NCBI RefSeq assembly: GCF_048593235.1
Contig: NC_133619.1
Location: 649,552,558-649,616,557, forward strand
Source of the DNA: Sminthopsis crassicaudata
Taxonomy: Eukaryota
Length of the DNA stretch: 64,000 nucleotides
Direction: 5' to 3'
Positions 12,207 to 23,688 of this stretch are shown piece after piece (positions within the stretch are counted from its first letter, which is position 1; every line of letters starts with the position of its first letter). The translations under genes were made by a program, and so were the position numbers. The notes beneath the pieces are model-generated. The model was not told the DNA's origin, searched no databases, and saw nothing but the letters and a program-made list of their open reading frames with translations.

Positions 12207-12479
12207 TCTGACCCTTGTGCAGTTTGATCTAGAGCTCTGCCAGGAGCTTCATGGATTCTTCTTGAATGGTCCAAGAGAATAGGAAGAATTGTTACTTTGA
12301 ATTATATTTTTAACTTTTCCTTATTCAAGATTCCTTACAAAGTTACTTGGATGCATCTGGAGGTAGATCCTAAGAGGGCATGAAAAACTAGATCAGTCTG
12401 TACATCATCTCTCCAAGTTTACATAGATTGAGAAAATTTTCTGGCAGAACTGACTCTGAACACAAGGTACGCTATTAAT

Positions 12480-13460
12480 AGTAATTTTTCATCTAATTTT
12501 TAATTTCTTCCCAATTACATATACACATTTTAAACATTCTTTAAAATGGTGGGTTTCAAAATTTTCCCCTCCCTCTATCTCCTCTTCCCCCTCCCTGAGA
12601 TGGAAAGCAATTTGATCCAGGTTATACACGTTCAATCATGCACACATACAATATAGTCATGTTGTAAAGGGAGAAAAACAAATAGTGAAAACTAGCAGGA
12701 TCTGCATTCAGAGCCACAATTCTCTCTCTGGGGATGGAGAGCATTTTTCATCCTCAGTTCTTCAGGAGGGCCATTATACTGCTGAGATGAGCCAAGCCAT
12801 TCCAAGTTGATCACACAATCTTGCTGTTACTGTGTACAATGTTCTAGTTCTGATCACTTCACTCAGCATCCAGGTTTTTCTGAAATCGAATGTCATTTCT
12901 TAGTGATATAAACTGGGGGGGAAGGGTTAGAAAGGCCCTGATTTAAATTGTGTCCCCTTCAGAGGGAAGGGTGCTCCCCACTCTCAAACCCTCCCAGGTA
13001 CACCCTTCTCAGACAACACCCAGATAAGCTCATTCAATTGGAAATCTCCTCCTGGGGCATCAATAGCGTTGCTCAAACTGCTTCAGGCCAAGACTAACCC
13101 AGGTCTTGTCAACCCATCTTTGCAGAAGTCCTAACAGAATATTGCCCACTAATGAAATTCTCAGTGTAAACTCATCTTTGCAAAAATCATCTCAACGGGA
13201 TTCTTTGCCCACTAAGAAAGCTGTCTTAGTATCCTGTTTAAACAAACCCATTCTTTGCCACAAACCTTGCACCTGTATTTATTGGGGATTGCGAATTTTC
13301 GCAAAACCTGCCACTAGCCAAGGGGATCTCTTACCCTCAATTCTTGCACCTCATCATTAAAGAGCATAATATTCCAACACAGTTTGCCCAGCCATTCCCT
13401 GGATGGGCATCCCTTCAATTTCCAATTCTTAACTAGCACAGAGCTGTTGCATGTGTTTTT
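12480..13460 (-). mobile_element. Old L1 3' fragment interrupted by an LTR
   Basis: Marsupial L1 3'-type text (aaattttcccctccc..., cagccattccctggatgggcatcccttcaatttccaattc) on both sides of the insert. Confidence 0.55.
12904..13356 (+). mobile_element. Putative solo LTR nested in L1
   Basis: TGAT...ATCA inverted ends, 453 bp; L1 sequence resumes immediately after; TSD imperfect (ttag/ttaa). Confidence 0.5.
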
Positions 13461-13793
13461 GTGCAAATAGGTCTTTTTTCTTTCCAATATTCAGAATGTG
13501 AGCTCCTTGTTGAGTGCAGGATCTGTTTCTGCCTTTCTTTGCATCCTCAGCATTTAGCGAAGTCCTGATCCATAGTAAGAATTTAATTCTTGTTAACCCT
13601 ATTTTCCTAAAGGAAAAAATCTGGAAAAGTTAGGCTGGAGAAATATTTACTTCTTTTGCTTTTCAATTGGTTTAATGTCTTGATGACACGGAGAAGTGAA
13701 ACGTGAAGGCAAAAGAATTGTAGCCCAAAGTATACCGAAATACAGCCAGAGTCAGGGGAAGGTGGGAATAAGGTGCTACAAACCCTGATCTTG

Positions 13794-13957
13794 ACACTGA
13801 GTATGAGGGGTTCATGGGAAATCCAGGAGCACCTATTCAGCAACCAGGTGGAAATGATTTGGGGGCTGTTATGGTACACTGAGTATGAGGGGTTCATGGG
13901 AAATCCAGGAGCACCTATTCAGCCACCAGGTGGAAATGATTTGGGGGCTGTTATGGT
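13794..13957. repeat. 82-bp tandem duplication (2 copies, 1 mismatch)
   Basis: 13794-13875 and 13876-13957. Confidence 0.95.
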
Positions 13958-16031
13958 AAGATACACAGTAGACATGGACACAAAGGGAAAAAGTAATGGA
14001 GACAAGCAAAAAACTGGCCTAGCATTTCCCAACTTCCAACTCCCAACTCCACCTGCCCCAATCCTTCAAGGCTTTGTTCAAACAGCCTAACTCCTCTCAC
14101 TTTAATGTCTCTTTTAAAAACCATTTGCTTAGTAAACTTTTCTTAGAGCTGACCTGGGACTTTAGGAGTGAATTTCTAGCTTCCTTTGGTTTTTTGACAA
14201 GAGTCAGCCTGTTTTAACCTGATCTTCCCCTCAGTTCTGATCACTTAATGTTTAATAAGGAAAGAAAAGGTTAGGAGGAAGGAAGAGAGGAAGATAGGAG
14301 AGGAAGGAAGGTAAGTGATGGGAGGGAAGAAGACAAAGGTACAGGAGAGCAAGGGATCATTATTACCCTCCTAGCCTGGTGCCTGAAGGATCCTCAGTAC
14401 CTTTTTCAGAGGATCCAACACTCTCGGTGTTGTAGTACTGAATGTCCAGTTTTATTGTGTGGGGGAGCCCTAAGAGCCAACATCTCCCTGTCGTTCTTGC
14501 TAAACCACACATCATGCTATTCCTAAATGTGTCCCAAATGAACAAATGTGTCCGTGTCCAGTCTCACTTTCCTGTCACCAGCAGGGCCCAAGACTTATCC
14601 CCTATCTCACCTTCACTTCAAAGATCCCCGAGTCAATGCTATAGTTCTTCCACAGCAGCTCTAGTTCTTGAGCCCAGCTCTCCCAGACCCACCGAGCCTT
14701 CCAACTCACACATCTCATCCCGAGATTGTAGTCCCTGGTCTCCAAGAGCCATCCGTGGAGGCTCCCCACAGCCAGCTTCCCCAAAGGTTTGCAGAGCTGC
14801 CTGGGACCATTTGGGTAAGACCTAATGGGATGGATGTTTCAGCAATTCCTGCCTTCTGATGTGTAGACTGGGCCTGTATCAGTTGGGAAACTTCAGGGTC
14901 ACCTCACCTCATGACCACCTAGGAAAGGCTCCCTCCTCCAGCACCACCACCTTGGTGCTCACCAAGCATTTAGTGCTGTCAAGATCACCCTCAAGTCATC
15001 AAGGCCGGTGTCCTGGGGGTATCCTGATACCCCCACCCCCACCTCTTTCCCTTGCTTGACCCCTTGATTTCCTTTATTTTTTCTTTATTTCTGGTTCCTG
15101 GTTTCCTGGCATTCCTAGGACCTCATTTCTCCCCAGGCTCATTTCTGGCTTTCTCCTTTTGGTCCCCATTTCCTCATTTTCAGCCCCATTTTATTTCTGC
15201 TCATCAAGGAAACTGTCACACCCAAGATTTCGGCATGGTCCTGCTGTGAGCACCCTCCAGACCCCAAGTACCAGTCTGGGGTTTCCCCTCGAGTTCTCAA
15301 TGGCAGGCTTGCTTTTTTACAGCCCTTAAATCTGTGTCCATGAATACCGGAGTCATGAGAGGGGGTTAGTTGAAGGCTCCAGGTCATGAAGAGTCTCCTA
15401 TTAGAGGTCAAATGGGAGAGGAACATTTGGGCCCAGAGGTCAAAACGTGGAACAAATGGATAAGCCAAGGGGCGGCTAGAGGTCACCAGAACTTCCACAG
15501 AGGAGCTGTATACGGTTGAGGGAATGTCAATTTCTCCCTCCCCGGAAATCTTTAAGCCTCGGATACATAATAGACACTAGTCGGGCCTTCTGGGCTAGCC
15601 AGGCCAGAAGCACCCGGGCCTAATGGAGCCCTGCAGCCGAGGCCACCGTGGACCTGCTGCAACCACGAGGGGCCGGGCCGGCTTCCGCTTCTCAGCCCAC
15701 GCTCCCACCGCCAGAGCCGCTGGGAGCCACTGAGCCCAAGCCCAGCTCGCTGGGACCCCAGGTACACTTCCCGGGTGAGTTTCATGAGATTTTAGCCAGT
15801 CGTCAGGGATGAGAGAAAGTTGCTCATCAGGCTTTTCAATACGCCTGAGGCCTAGTTATCTGGGCCGGGACTAGAGCTTCCTCCCCGCCCCGCTCCAGGA
15901 GCGAGGTGCAGCTATCCATAAAGTTTTGGTTGTCATGGCATCCTCAAGCCCAAGACCCAGGAGAGGGGGAGAAGGGAGCTGCGCGCGCAGGCTGGAGGGC
16001 GGGGAAAACTCAAGATGGGCAGCCGCGAGGT

Positions 16032-16764
16032 CCAATGGTGGAATGCACCACCCAGAGGTCCGGAAGGGCCAGGCTTCCATTCCCCAGGCTCGAGAATGAC
16101 AGCTACCGACGTCCAATGACGGGAGGCACCATGGTTCTGGGAGAGGGCGCGCCGGCTCCCAATCCGCAGCGCCCTCTATTCTCCCTGGATCTGAAGGACA
16201 GAGCTTCTGGTCCAATGGCAGGAGGCTACGTCCGTCGACAAGCCAATCGCTTTGGGACTCTTGAGGCCTGGGAGGTTCCACCTTCTCTCACTCAAATCCT
16301 CGGGTATCCCGAAGGCTATTTAGATGGACGTGGAGAGAGACCAATAGTATGAAGGTGCTTTAGCGGAGAGCCAATCGCTTGCGAAGCTATAAGGACCCGC
16401 TTCCCAACCCTTGCACAGCCACAGCAGAGATCTGAAGAACAAGGAATTTAGACCAATGGAAGCATTCGGGCCTTAGGAGGCGGGACTTGGTCTCTCAAGC
16501 AAAGTAGGTGGCCGTTGAGGGTGTTGGGAGGGCGGGTGTATGACGGCGGCGCACAGGCACCATGGCGACAGTGGATTGACAGCACCAAGGACCAATGGAT
16601 AGCGGCGCTGGGGCAGCGAAGCAGGGCGGAGAGGGCCGGCGCGGGGCGGGCCGGGGCGGGAGTCGCGGGGCCGGGGCGGCGGGAGCAGGAGTTGGAGGAG
16701 GCGGCGGCGGCGGCGGCGGCGGCGGAGGCGGCGGGAGCCGGAAGAGGAGGAGGGGGAGGGGGAG
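16032..16764 (+). promoter_or_regulatory. KMT5C CpG-island promoter and non-coding exon 1
   Basis: CpG-rich; nine CCAAT boxes between 16032 and 16596; GC boxes ~16640-16680; donor GAG|GTGAGA at 16764/16765. Confidence 0.75.
16700..16732 (+). repeat. (GGC)8 GGA (GGC)2 in the KMT5C 5' UTR
   Basis: Read directly from the sequence. Confidence 0.9.
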
Positions 16765-17570
16765 GTGAGAGACCGGGGAGGGCGGGGCCTGACCTCCGAC
16801 CTTCGTTCCCCAGTCGCTTGAGTCCCTCCCCCACCCCGCCTGCCTTCCATTTCAACCCCCCCCCCAAGAAGCGTTCAAGGAGCCCCCGCCCGCCCGCGTT
16901 CTTTCTCCCTCCGCCCGCGTTCGGTGCACACCCCTTCCCACCACCCCGTTAGGTGCACATTCTCCCTCGGTGTTCTGTGCCCCCCCTCCTGGCCTCCCCC
17001 CTCCCTTCCCCCCCCCCCCCCCCGTTCGGTGTACACCATTCCCCTTGTGTTCGGTGCTCCCCCTTCCCCTCCTGTGTTCCATGCACACCGTTCCCTTGGT
17101 TCCGTGCTCCTCTTCGTGTTCCGTTCACCTTCTCCCCCGGTGTTCTGTGCTCCCCCCTTCGGTGCACACCCCTCCTCCCCATCCCCCACCGTGTTCTGGG
17201 CACTCCCTCCCATGCTCTTTCCCCCTCCTCCAGTGACCTATCGCTCCTGTGCACTCATGCATGCATACATACACGTGCCCCGTCCCCCTCCCTGCTGCTC
17301 TCCCCTTCCCCGGGTGCCCTGGCCCGACACCTGGGCTTTGTTCCCCTTCTCATCCCTTCCTCCTCCCTTTCCTCCTCTTTTCTCTCCTCCCTCCCTCCCT
17401 GCCTCCCCGCCTGCCTTTCTTCCTTCCTCGCTCCCCATTTGGGGGGTGTCTGACCCCTCCTCCCCTTCCTTCCTTGGGGACACTTGGCGGGGGTTCCCTG
17501 TGGCTGCCAGCTCCGCCCACTGAGCTCCCCCCTCCCCAGGGCTGCCGAGCAGCATGGTCCAGGCTGCACC

Positions 17571-20539
17571 ATGGGGCCAGAGAGGGTGACAGCCAGGGAG
17601 CTGTGTGAGAACGATGACCTCGCCACCAGCTTGGTCCTGGATCCCTACCTGGGCTTCCGCACACACAAGATGAACGTCAGGTGAGGGGGGGGCCCCTCCC
17701 CGGGACCCTCCGGAGGGCCTGTGGCCGCTGCCCAAGTCACCTCCTTGGGAACGATGAAGTGAGGAAGCGGGCTCAGAGAGGCCCACCGGGGTCCCAGGCA
17801 GGCCAAGCGAGATCCTGAGCTGGGGGGGCGTCCCACGCTGCAAGGGGCAGCGTGCAGGGGGCCGCGAGTTTCCTGCGTCTGGAGGCTTCCACTTCTGCAG
17901 CGGGGCGGCCCAAGGGAGGGCCTTCCTCAGACACTGCTGGGACCCTGGGCCTGCGCTCAGCTTGTTTCCCCCTCTGGGACGTGGGGGCCTCCCCGGCGGC
18001 TGTGAGCATCACAGAGGGGGGATAATTTCACTTTTGTAAGGGCCGTGGAAGTGCACGCTCTTCACAGGGCTGGAGCGGCTCTGCCCCGGGGGTCCCCTGC
18101 CCCAGAGGTCAGCTCCAGCAGCGCCGTTGCGTCAGAGCTCTTTGCTGGGCTTGGGGCCTCTGACGTCGCTCTCTGTCCTGTGCCTCCAGCCCAGTGCCCC
18201 CTCTGCGGCGTCAGCACCACCTGCGTTCGGCGCTCGAGGCCTTCCGGAAACAGCGGGACTTGGAGGCCGCCTACCGGGCCCTGACGCTGGGCGGCTGGAT
18301 GGCCCACTACTTCCAGAGCCGGGGCCCGCAGCAGGAGGCTGCCCTCAAGACTCATGTGAGAGAGACGGGGCCCCGTCCCTTCCTCAGCTCCCCAGCGGGA
18401 GGAGGCCCGGCACCCCGACCCCTTCCCTGCCATCCGGGAAGTTCCTTTAGTGACCCCGGGGTTGGGCTCCGACATCCAGGCCCTCTCCCGGCAGTCCTGG
18501 CACCGAGGGATGGCGCCGCCCCGTGACCCCCTCTCACCCCCTCCCTCCTCTGCCCTCAGATCTATCGGTACCTTCGAGCCTTCCTGCCTGAAAGTGGATT
18601 TGCCATCCTTCCCTGTACCCGATACTCCCTAGAAACCAATGGGGCCAAGGTCGTGTCCACCCGCTCCTGGTAAGGAAGGTCAGGGCACAGGGAGCCTGAA
18701 GTGCCAGACCAGCCCCTCCCCTATGGGGCTGGGCTGGCTTGGGGGGAGGGGGCAGAGGAGGAGGAGGGTCGCCTCTGGCCCCAGACCCCAGATGAAAAGC
18801 TCAAGGCTGCCCGTACCCTCGGGCCCAGGAAGAAGAACGAGAAGCTGGAGCTGCTGGTGGGCTGTATCGCCGAGCTGCGGGAGGCCGATGAGGGCTTGCT
18901 GCGGGCCGGGGAGAACGACTTCAGCATCATGTACTCCACTCGCAAACGCAGCGCTCAGCTGTGGCTGGGGCCCGCGGCTTTCATCAACCACGGTGAGGGC
19001 GGTGGTGGGGAAAGGCTGAGGAGCTGGGGAGGGTGGCGGCGGGATGGCACAGAAAGGATTGGGAAGGTGGGGAGGGTGACAGAAGGGGCTCGGGACATTG
19101 GGAGGGCTGGGGGCAAAGGGAGAGCAGTAGGGGTTAGCACAGAGGGAACCCCTGTGGGACCTGGGGACTGGCAGGAAGGATGGGCAGAACCTCACTTGGG
19201 TCCGTTTTTCTTTTCCATTTCCCAACCGGCCCAGACTGCAGACCCAATTGCAAGGTAGGCTGGAGGAGAGATCTGGGGGGCAGGAGCGGGGTGGTTCTTG
19301 GCTCTCACCTTCCCAGGGAGCAGGACGGATCTCCCGACTCCGCAGCTTCTGAACCAGGACTAAGGCCTAGCTGGGGGACAGGGCAGGAGAACTGAGAACC
19401 GGGCCTCAGCCACCCGGGAGGGCCGCCCCTGGATCAGTCCCCTCCGTGGGGAGAGCTGAGGAGGAGGGCCCCCTAGTTTGTGCCTGCAGACGGGAACGCG
19501 GCCTGCGTGAAGGTGCTCCGAGACATCGAGCCTGGGGACGAGGTGACCTGCTTCTATGGGGACGGCTTCTTCGGGGAGCGCAATGAGCTGTGCGAATGCT
19601 GCACCTGTGAGAGGTAAGGCCGGAGGGGCGCTCCGGGGGTGGGAGCGGCCCCAGCCCCTTCCCTCCCCCTTCCCGCCCAGACCCCCCCCTGCATCCTGGC
19701 TTCCTTCGGTTGCCCTCAGGAAGGGGGAAGGCGCCTTTCGATTGCGGCCCCGGGATGCGGCCACTGCCACCCCCAGGACCTGTGAAAAGTACGACCTCCG
19801 GGAGACCGAGCACCGGCTGCAGCGCTACTGGGAGTCCCGAGGGCTGCGGCAGGGCCTCGGGCCCCTGGGGGCCCAGCGCTGCTCTCACCTGCACACCCTG
19901 CACCGCCTGGACCTTTTGTGTGGTGAGCCTCGCCCCCCGCCCCGGCCCCCCCTCACCCCAGGAGGGCCCTGCTTCTCTCCTTCCCCAAACACCCCCTCTC
20001 CGGCCTCCCCCCCCGGCAGCCATCTTGTTTTTCTTCCAACAGCGCTGTGCCAGCCCTTCCGCCTGCAGACTTTCAGTACCCATTTGGACCCTTCTGCCTT
20101 GTGGGTGCAGTGGCTTCCCCGGCCTCACCCTCCCCACCGCCGCCGCCGGCGCCGCCGTCCCCCCCGCCGTCGACTGGCTCGGCCGACCCCGCACCCCCGC
20201 GTCCCCCGAGTTTCCCTGCACCAGTGGGGAGGCTGTGGTCCACAATGCCGCCTTCGGGGGGAGGTCACCGTGGCCTTGAATCCGGCCCCCGCCTCGGCCC
20301 CGGCTCGGCCCGCCCCGCTGCAAGACTGGCATTGGGCCCGGCGATACGGGCTGCCCTGTGTGGTTCGGGTGGACCTCAGCGGTGCCGCCCCGGTCCCTGC
20401 TGTCCCTGCCAGCCTTAGGCCTGCAGGCCCAGAGCCCCCAAAGCGGACCCTGGCCTTCGGCCCTTTCTCTCCACCCAAGCGTCTGCGCCTGGTGGTCCGC
20501 CACGGCTCGATCGCCCTGGATGTGAATGGAGGCCACTGA
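17571..20539 (+). CDS. KMT5C: Histone H4K20 methyltransferase KMT5C (SUV420H2), 468 aa
   Basis: Exons 17571-17680, 18190-18355, 18560-18669, 18829-18992, 19235-19254 (20-nt microexon), 19477-19613, 19720-19922, 20043-20539; total 1407 nt. [37 protein letters not shown] motif [14 protein letters not shown], post-SET CECCTCE, C-terminal [18 protein letters not shown]. Confidence 0.97.
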
Positions 20540-21913
20540 GGGCACGCTGGGGGGCACCTCTTCTGCCCGCAGCCGGCTCAAATTTACGGGAGGCAGGAGT
20601 TGTAGGTGTCCCGCCCCCCTGGCTGCCTCTCCAGCCACCGTCCTCTGCAGCCCCTGGAGTTCTGCCTCAGGGTGCCATCTCCCTCCTTCACCCCTTGAGA
20701 GTGGCAAGGCTCGAGGGGGGGCCGGATTTCTCTTTTCAGGGCCACCCTCTCCTGGGCTTGAGGGTCCCCGTGGACAGGTGACCTGACCCTGTGATTCTGC
20801 CAGGGCCAGACCCGCCATTTCTCTCTCTCGGGCCAGAGGGAGAGGGCACCTCGTGGTGCTGGTTCAGGGCTTCCTTTTCCTTTCTAATTCCCAGCTGCCT
20901 GGGGTCCCAAGGAATTGGGGTGGGGGTGCATAGATTGCAAGGTGCTGCCTCTCCCTGGCCACGACTGGGCCTCTTTAGGGCCCCTCAAGGCTTCCCCCCA
21001 TTCCCCCCTTGGGGCGCCATTTTGATCCCCATACCTTTCACTAGGAGCCAGCTCCTTCAATTTGAACAGGACTAACCCTAGCAAGAGGTCCCTGCCCCTG
21101 GGGGCCGGGGCCTGGCCACCCTCCTCTCCCTGCAACCCAAGGCCTCCGACCTCAGCAGGCCCCAGATGGGGGAGGGGAGGAGCAGAAGGCCAGAGCCCAC
21201 CCTTAGGACCCAGCAGGGATAACCTTAAGGGGCCAACCCCTTGACCCTAGCAGCCCCCTCCCGGGGGCAGAGGGGAGCTCTCTGCCTCGGTGGCAGGAAG
21301 ACAGAGCCTAGGATCTGTGAGAGGGGGGGCTCCACTCCCGAACCCAGCAGGGAGGGACAGGCAAGGATCCCCCTCCCCCAAGCCTCAGGATGGTTCTTGA
21401 CTTTACCTCCCGCCTCAGTGGCACACCGCCCCCCCTTCTTCAGGGAGGAAAGCCATAAAGAAAGGGGGGGATGGAGGGGGAGGGGCCCCGCCGACGGCAG
21501 TCTTCCCCCTCTGGTACACCCCTCTGGCTCTCAGGGAGGCCGCCCCACCTCATCTTTCTCATGGTGCTATAGCTCTGGTGCCTCCTGGGAGTGAGGGGAA
21601 GAGGGGGCCAGCACAGCCTGGGGCCCTGGGCCTCACGCCCCTCCCCCCGGGAGGGGGACACTGGGTGATGGGCAGTTTGCAACTTTGGTTTTTGATAAAA
21701 GTCCTTGTTGTTAAATGTTGTGTCTGAGCATCTCTTTGGGGGCGGGGGTCCCTGTGGGGCCGGCAGCCCTCTCCCTCCCCGGTGACAGCTGGTTTAAGCT
21801 GGAGGGAGGCCCCGCCCCGCCCCCCCCCCCCTCCCCCCCCCCCCCCCGGCTGGGAAAGAACAGCCGGCCCCGGAGTTGAAGGACATCACTTTATTCCGAG
21901 CGCCGGCCGGCCT

Positions 21914-22318
21914 TCAGATCTTCCCGGGGAAGGTGCCCTCCTGGATCTGCTCGTTCCAGCGCTGCACCTGCGGAGGGGGAGGCCACATCCAGAGCCCGCC
22001 CGCCCGCCCCTCCCCCCCGCCCCGCCCGCCGCCGCCCCGCCGCTCACCCAGCTGAGCGGGCACAGCGAGTGGAAGACCTTGCGGTAGTAGTCACAGGGGG
22101 CCACGTCCTTGCCCCTCCTCTTCATGTTCCGGGTACAGCGGTGAAAGTCTGGGGGGGGGCGCGGGAGGTCAATCCGGCACTCCCTGGCCCCCTCCCCCGC
22201 CCCGCCCGCCGCTCTCCCTTCCCCTCCCCCACAAACCCACGAAGTTCTGGTAACAGTTGCGGGTCTGGTTCTGGTTGGGAAAGCGGGGGTCGAAGGGCGG
22301 GGTGGACGGTTCGTCCAT
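21914..22318 (-). CDS. COX6B2: Cytochrome c oxidase subunit 6B2, 78 aa
   Basis: Exons (minus) 22318-22237, 22148-22048, 21967-21914; [78 protein letters not shown] with twin Cx9C/Cx10C. AATAAA (minus) at 21895-21890; non-coding exon donor near 22560; syntenic position. Confidence 0.93.
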
Positions 22319-23593
22319 TCTCTCGGTCCTAGAGCCGGGTGGGGCTGGGGGCCTGGGGAAGAAGCGGGAGAGAGTCCACCGGAGTCCCGGCGGCCCCGCC
22401 CCCAACGGGCAACCCCTCCCCACCGTGGGCAGCCCTTCTCCCAACCGTAGCCCCGCCCTCGTCTGGCAGCCCCGCCCTCACCTGGCAGGCCTGCCCCAAT
22501 TGTAGCTCCGCCCGCCTGGCGGTCCCGCCCCACCCTCCCGGGCAAACGCTACCCTCACCCGGTAGCCGGGAACTCGCACCGTGGCACCAACCGCCTTTGG
22601 ATCCAACGAGGAAATGCGGCCCTTTGGCCCCCAGGTGCCCCGGGGACCCGGAGCGAAGCCTGATTGGCTCCGCGGGCGGCAGCCCGGCCAATGGGCTCCC
22701 AGCACGCGCAGAAGCTTCCAGAGCGCCTCTTCCCCAACTCTTGTATGGATCCCATTTCCCCGGCATGGAAGCCGAGGCTGCTGGGAGAAGGGAGGGGCCT
22801 CCTCCCGCACCCCAGCAGCCCAGTTGGGGGGCAATTCAACCGAGAGCCGCTTTCATCCAATCCCCCACCCAACCCTTTCTGTCCTTTGGTCTGGGATGAA
22901 GCAACACAAGGCTGAGCCCTTCTCCTCCTGCTGGGGGGTCCAAGGAGCCCCTGGAAAAGCACCCCCAGGGCACCCCTCTCCCCCTGCGAGTCCTGCCCGG
23001 CTCCTCCAGCACATGACCCCTTCTTTCACGCCCACTCTTCTCTTCTGTCCTCCTAAAGAACCCCACACTGATCCTCCTGCCAGGCGGGGCCTCCTGGGGG
23101 CTAGAAAGAAGGAACAAAAGTGCTTAACTTCGAGTAGCCTCCGCCCAAGGTTGGGTGGGGAAAGGGGGACCTAGGAGGGTGTTAGAGCACTGCGAGACTT
23201 TAGAGAAGGGACGGAAGGTGAGAGAGGATGACGGAAGGGGTCATGTGTTGGAGGTCATGGGGAGGCAGGGGGAAGCAGAGAAGCTGTCTCTGCCAAGTCC
23301 TTCATTGGTGTCCAAGGGAATGAATCCCAATGCTGTGCAGACCTTTCTGGATGTCCTCTGCCATCCCATAGGCTGGTAGCTCTGCTCCTAGACCCACACT
23401 GGGCTGGTTTACTTCTATCCCAGCCATTGGTGATAAAACAAAAACTAGAGCAGGCAGACAGCAACTGGGCGTGGCCATCAGGGACACTTCCACTGGAGAC
23501 TCCTCTTCACACTGAACCATTAATGGCGGCCGTCCAACCAGCTGGCCTTATTGTCTCCATCTCCCAAGTGGGATCATCAAAAATCCTGCTAGA

Positions 23594-23639
23594 GGGGGAG
23601 CTAGGTGGCTGACCCTGGGCAGCTCAACCCCAAAGGCCT

Positions 23640-23684
<45 letters not shown>
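23594..23684 (+). mobile_element. Internally deleted SINE (50-nt body plus A41 tail) with a 14-bp TSD
   Basis: TSD aaaatc(c/t)tgctaga at 23580-23593 and 23681-23694; the body is SINE head gggggagctaggtggc joined to tail tgaccctgggcagctcaaccccaaaggcctcagc. Confidence 0.7.

Positions 23685-23688
<4 letters not shown>

Noticed and set aside
19406-20818. 470-aa antisense ORF over KMT5C
   Set aside because: Shadow of GC-rich coding sequence; crosses introns; low-complexity Gly/Arg/Pro product.
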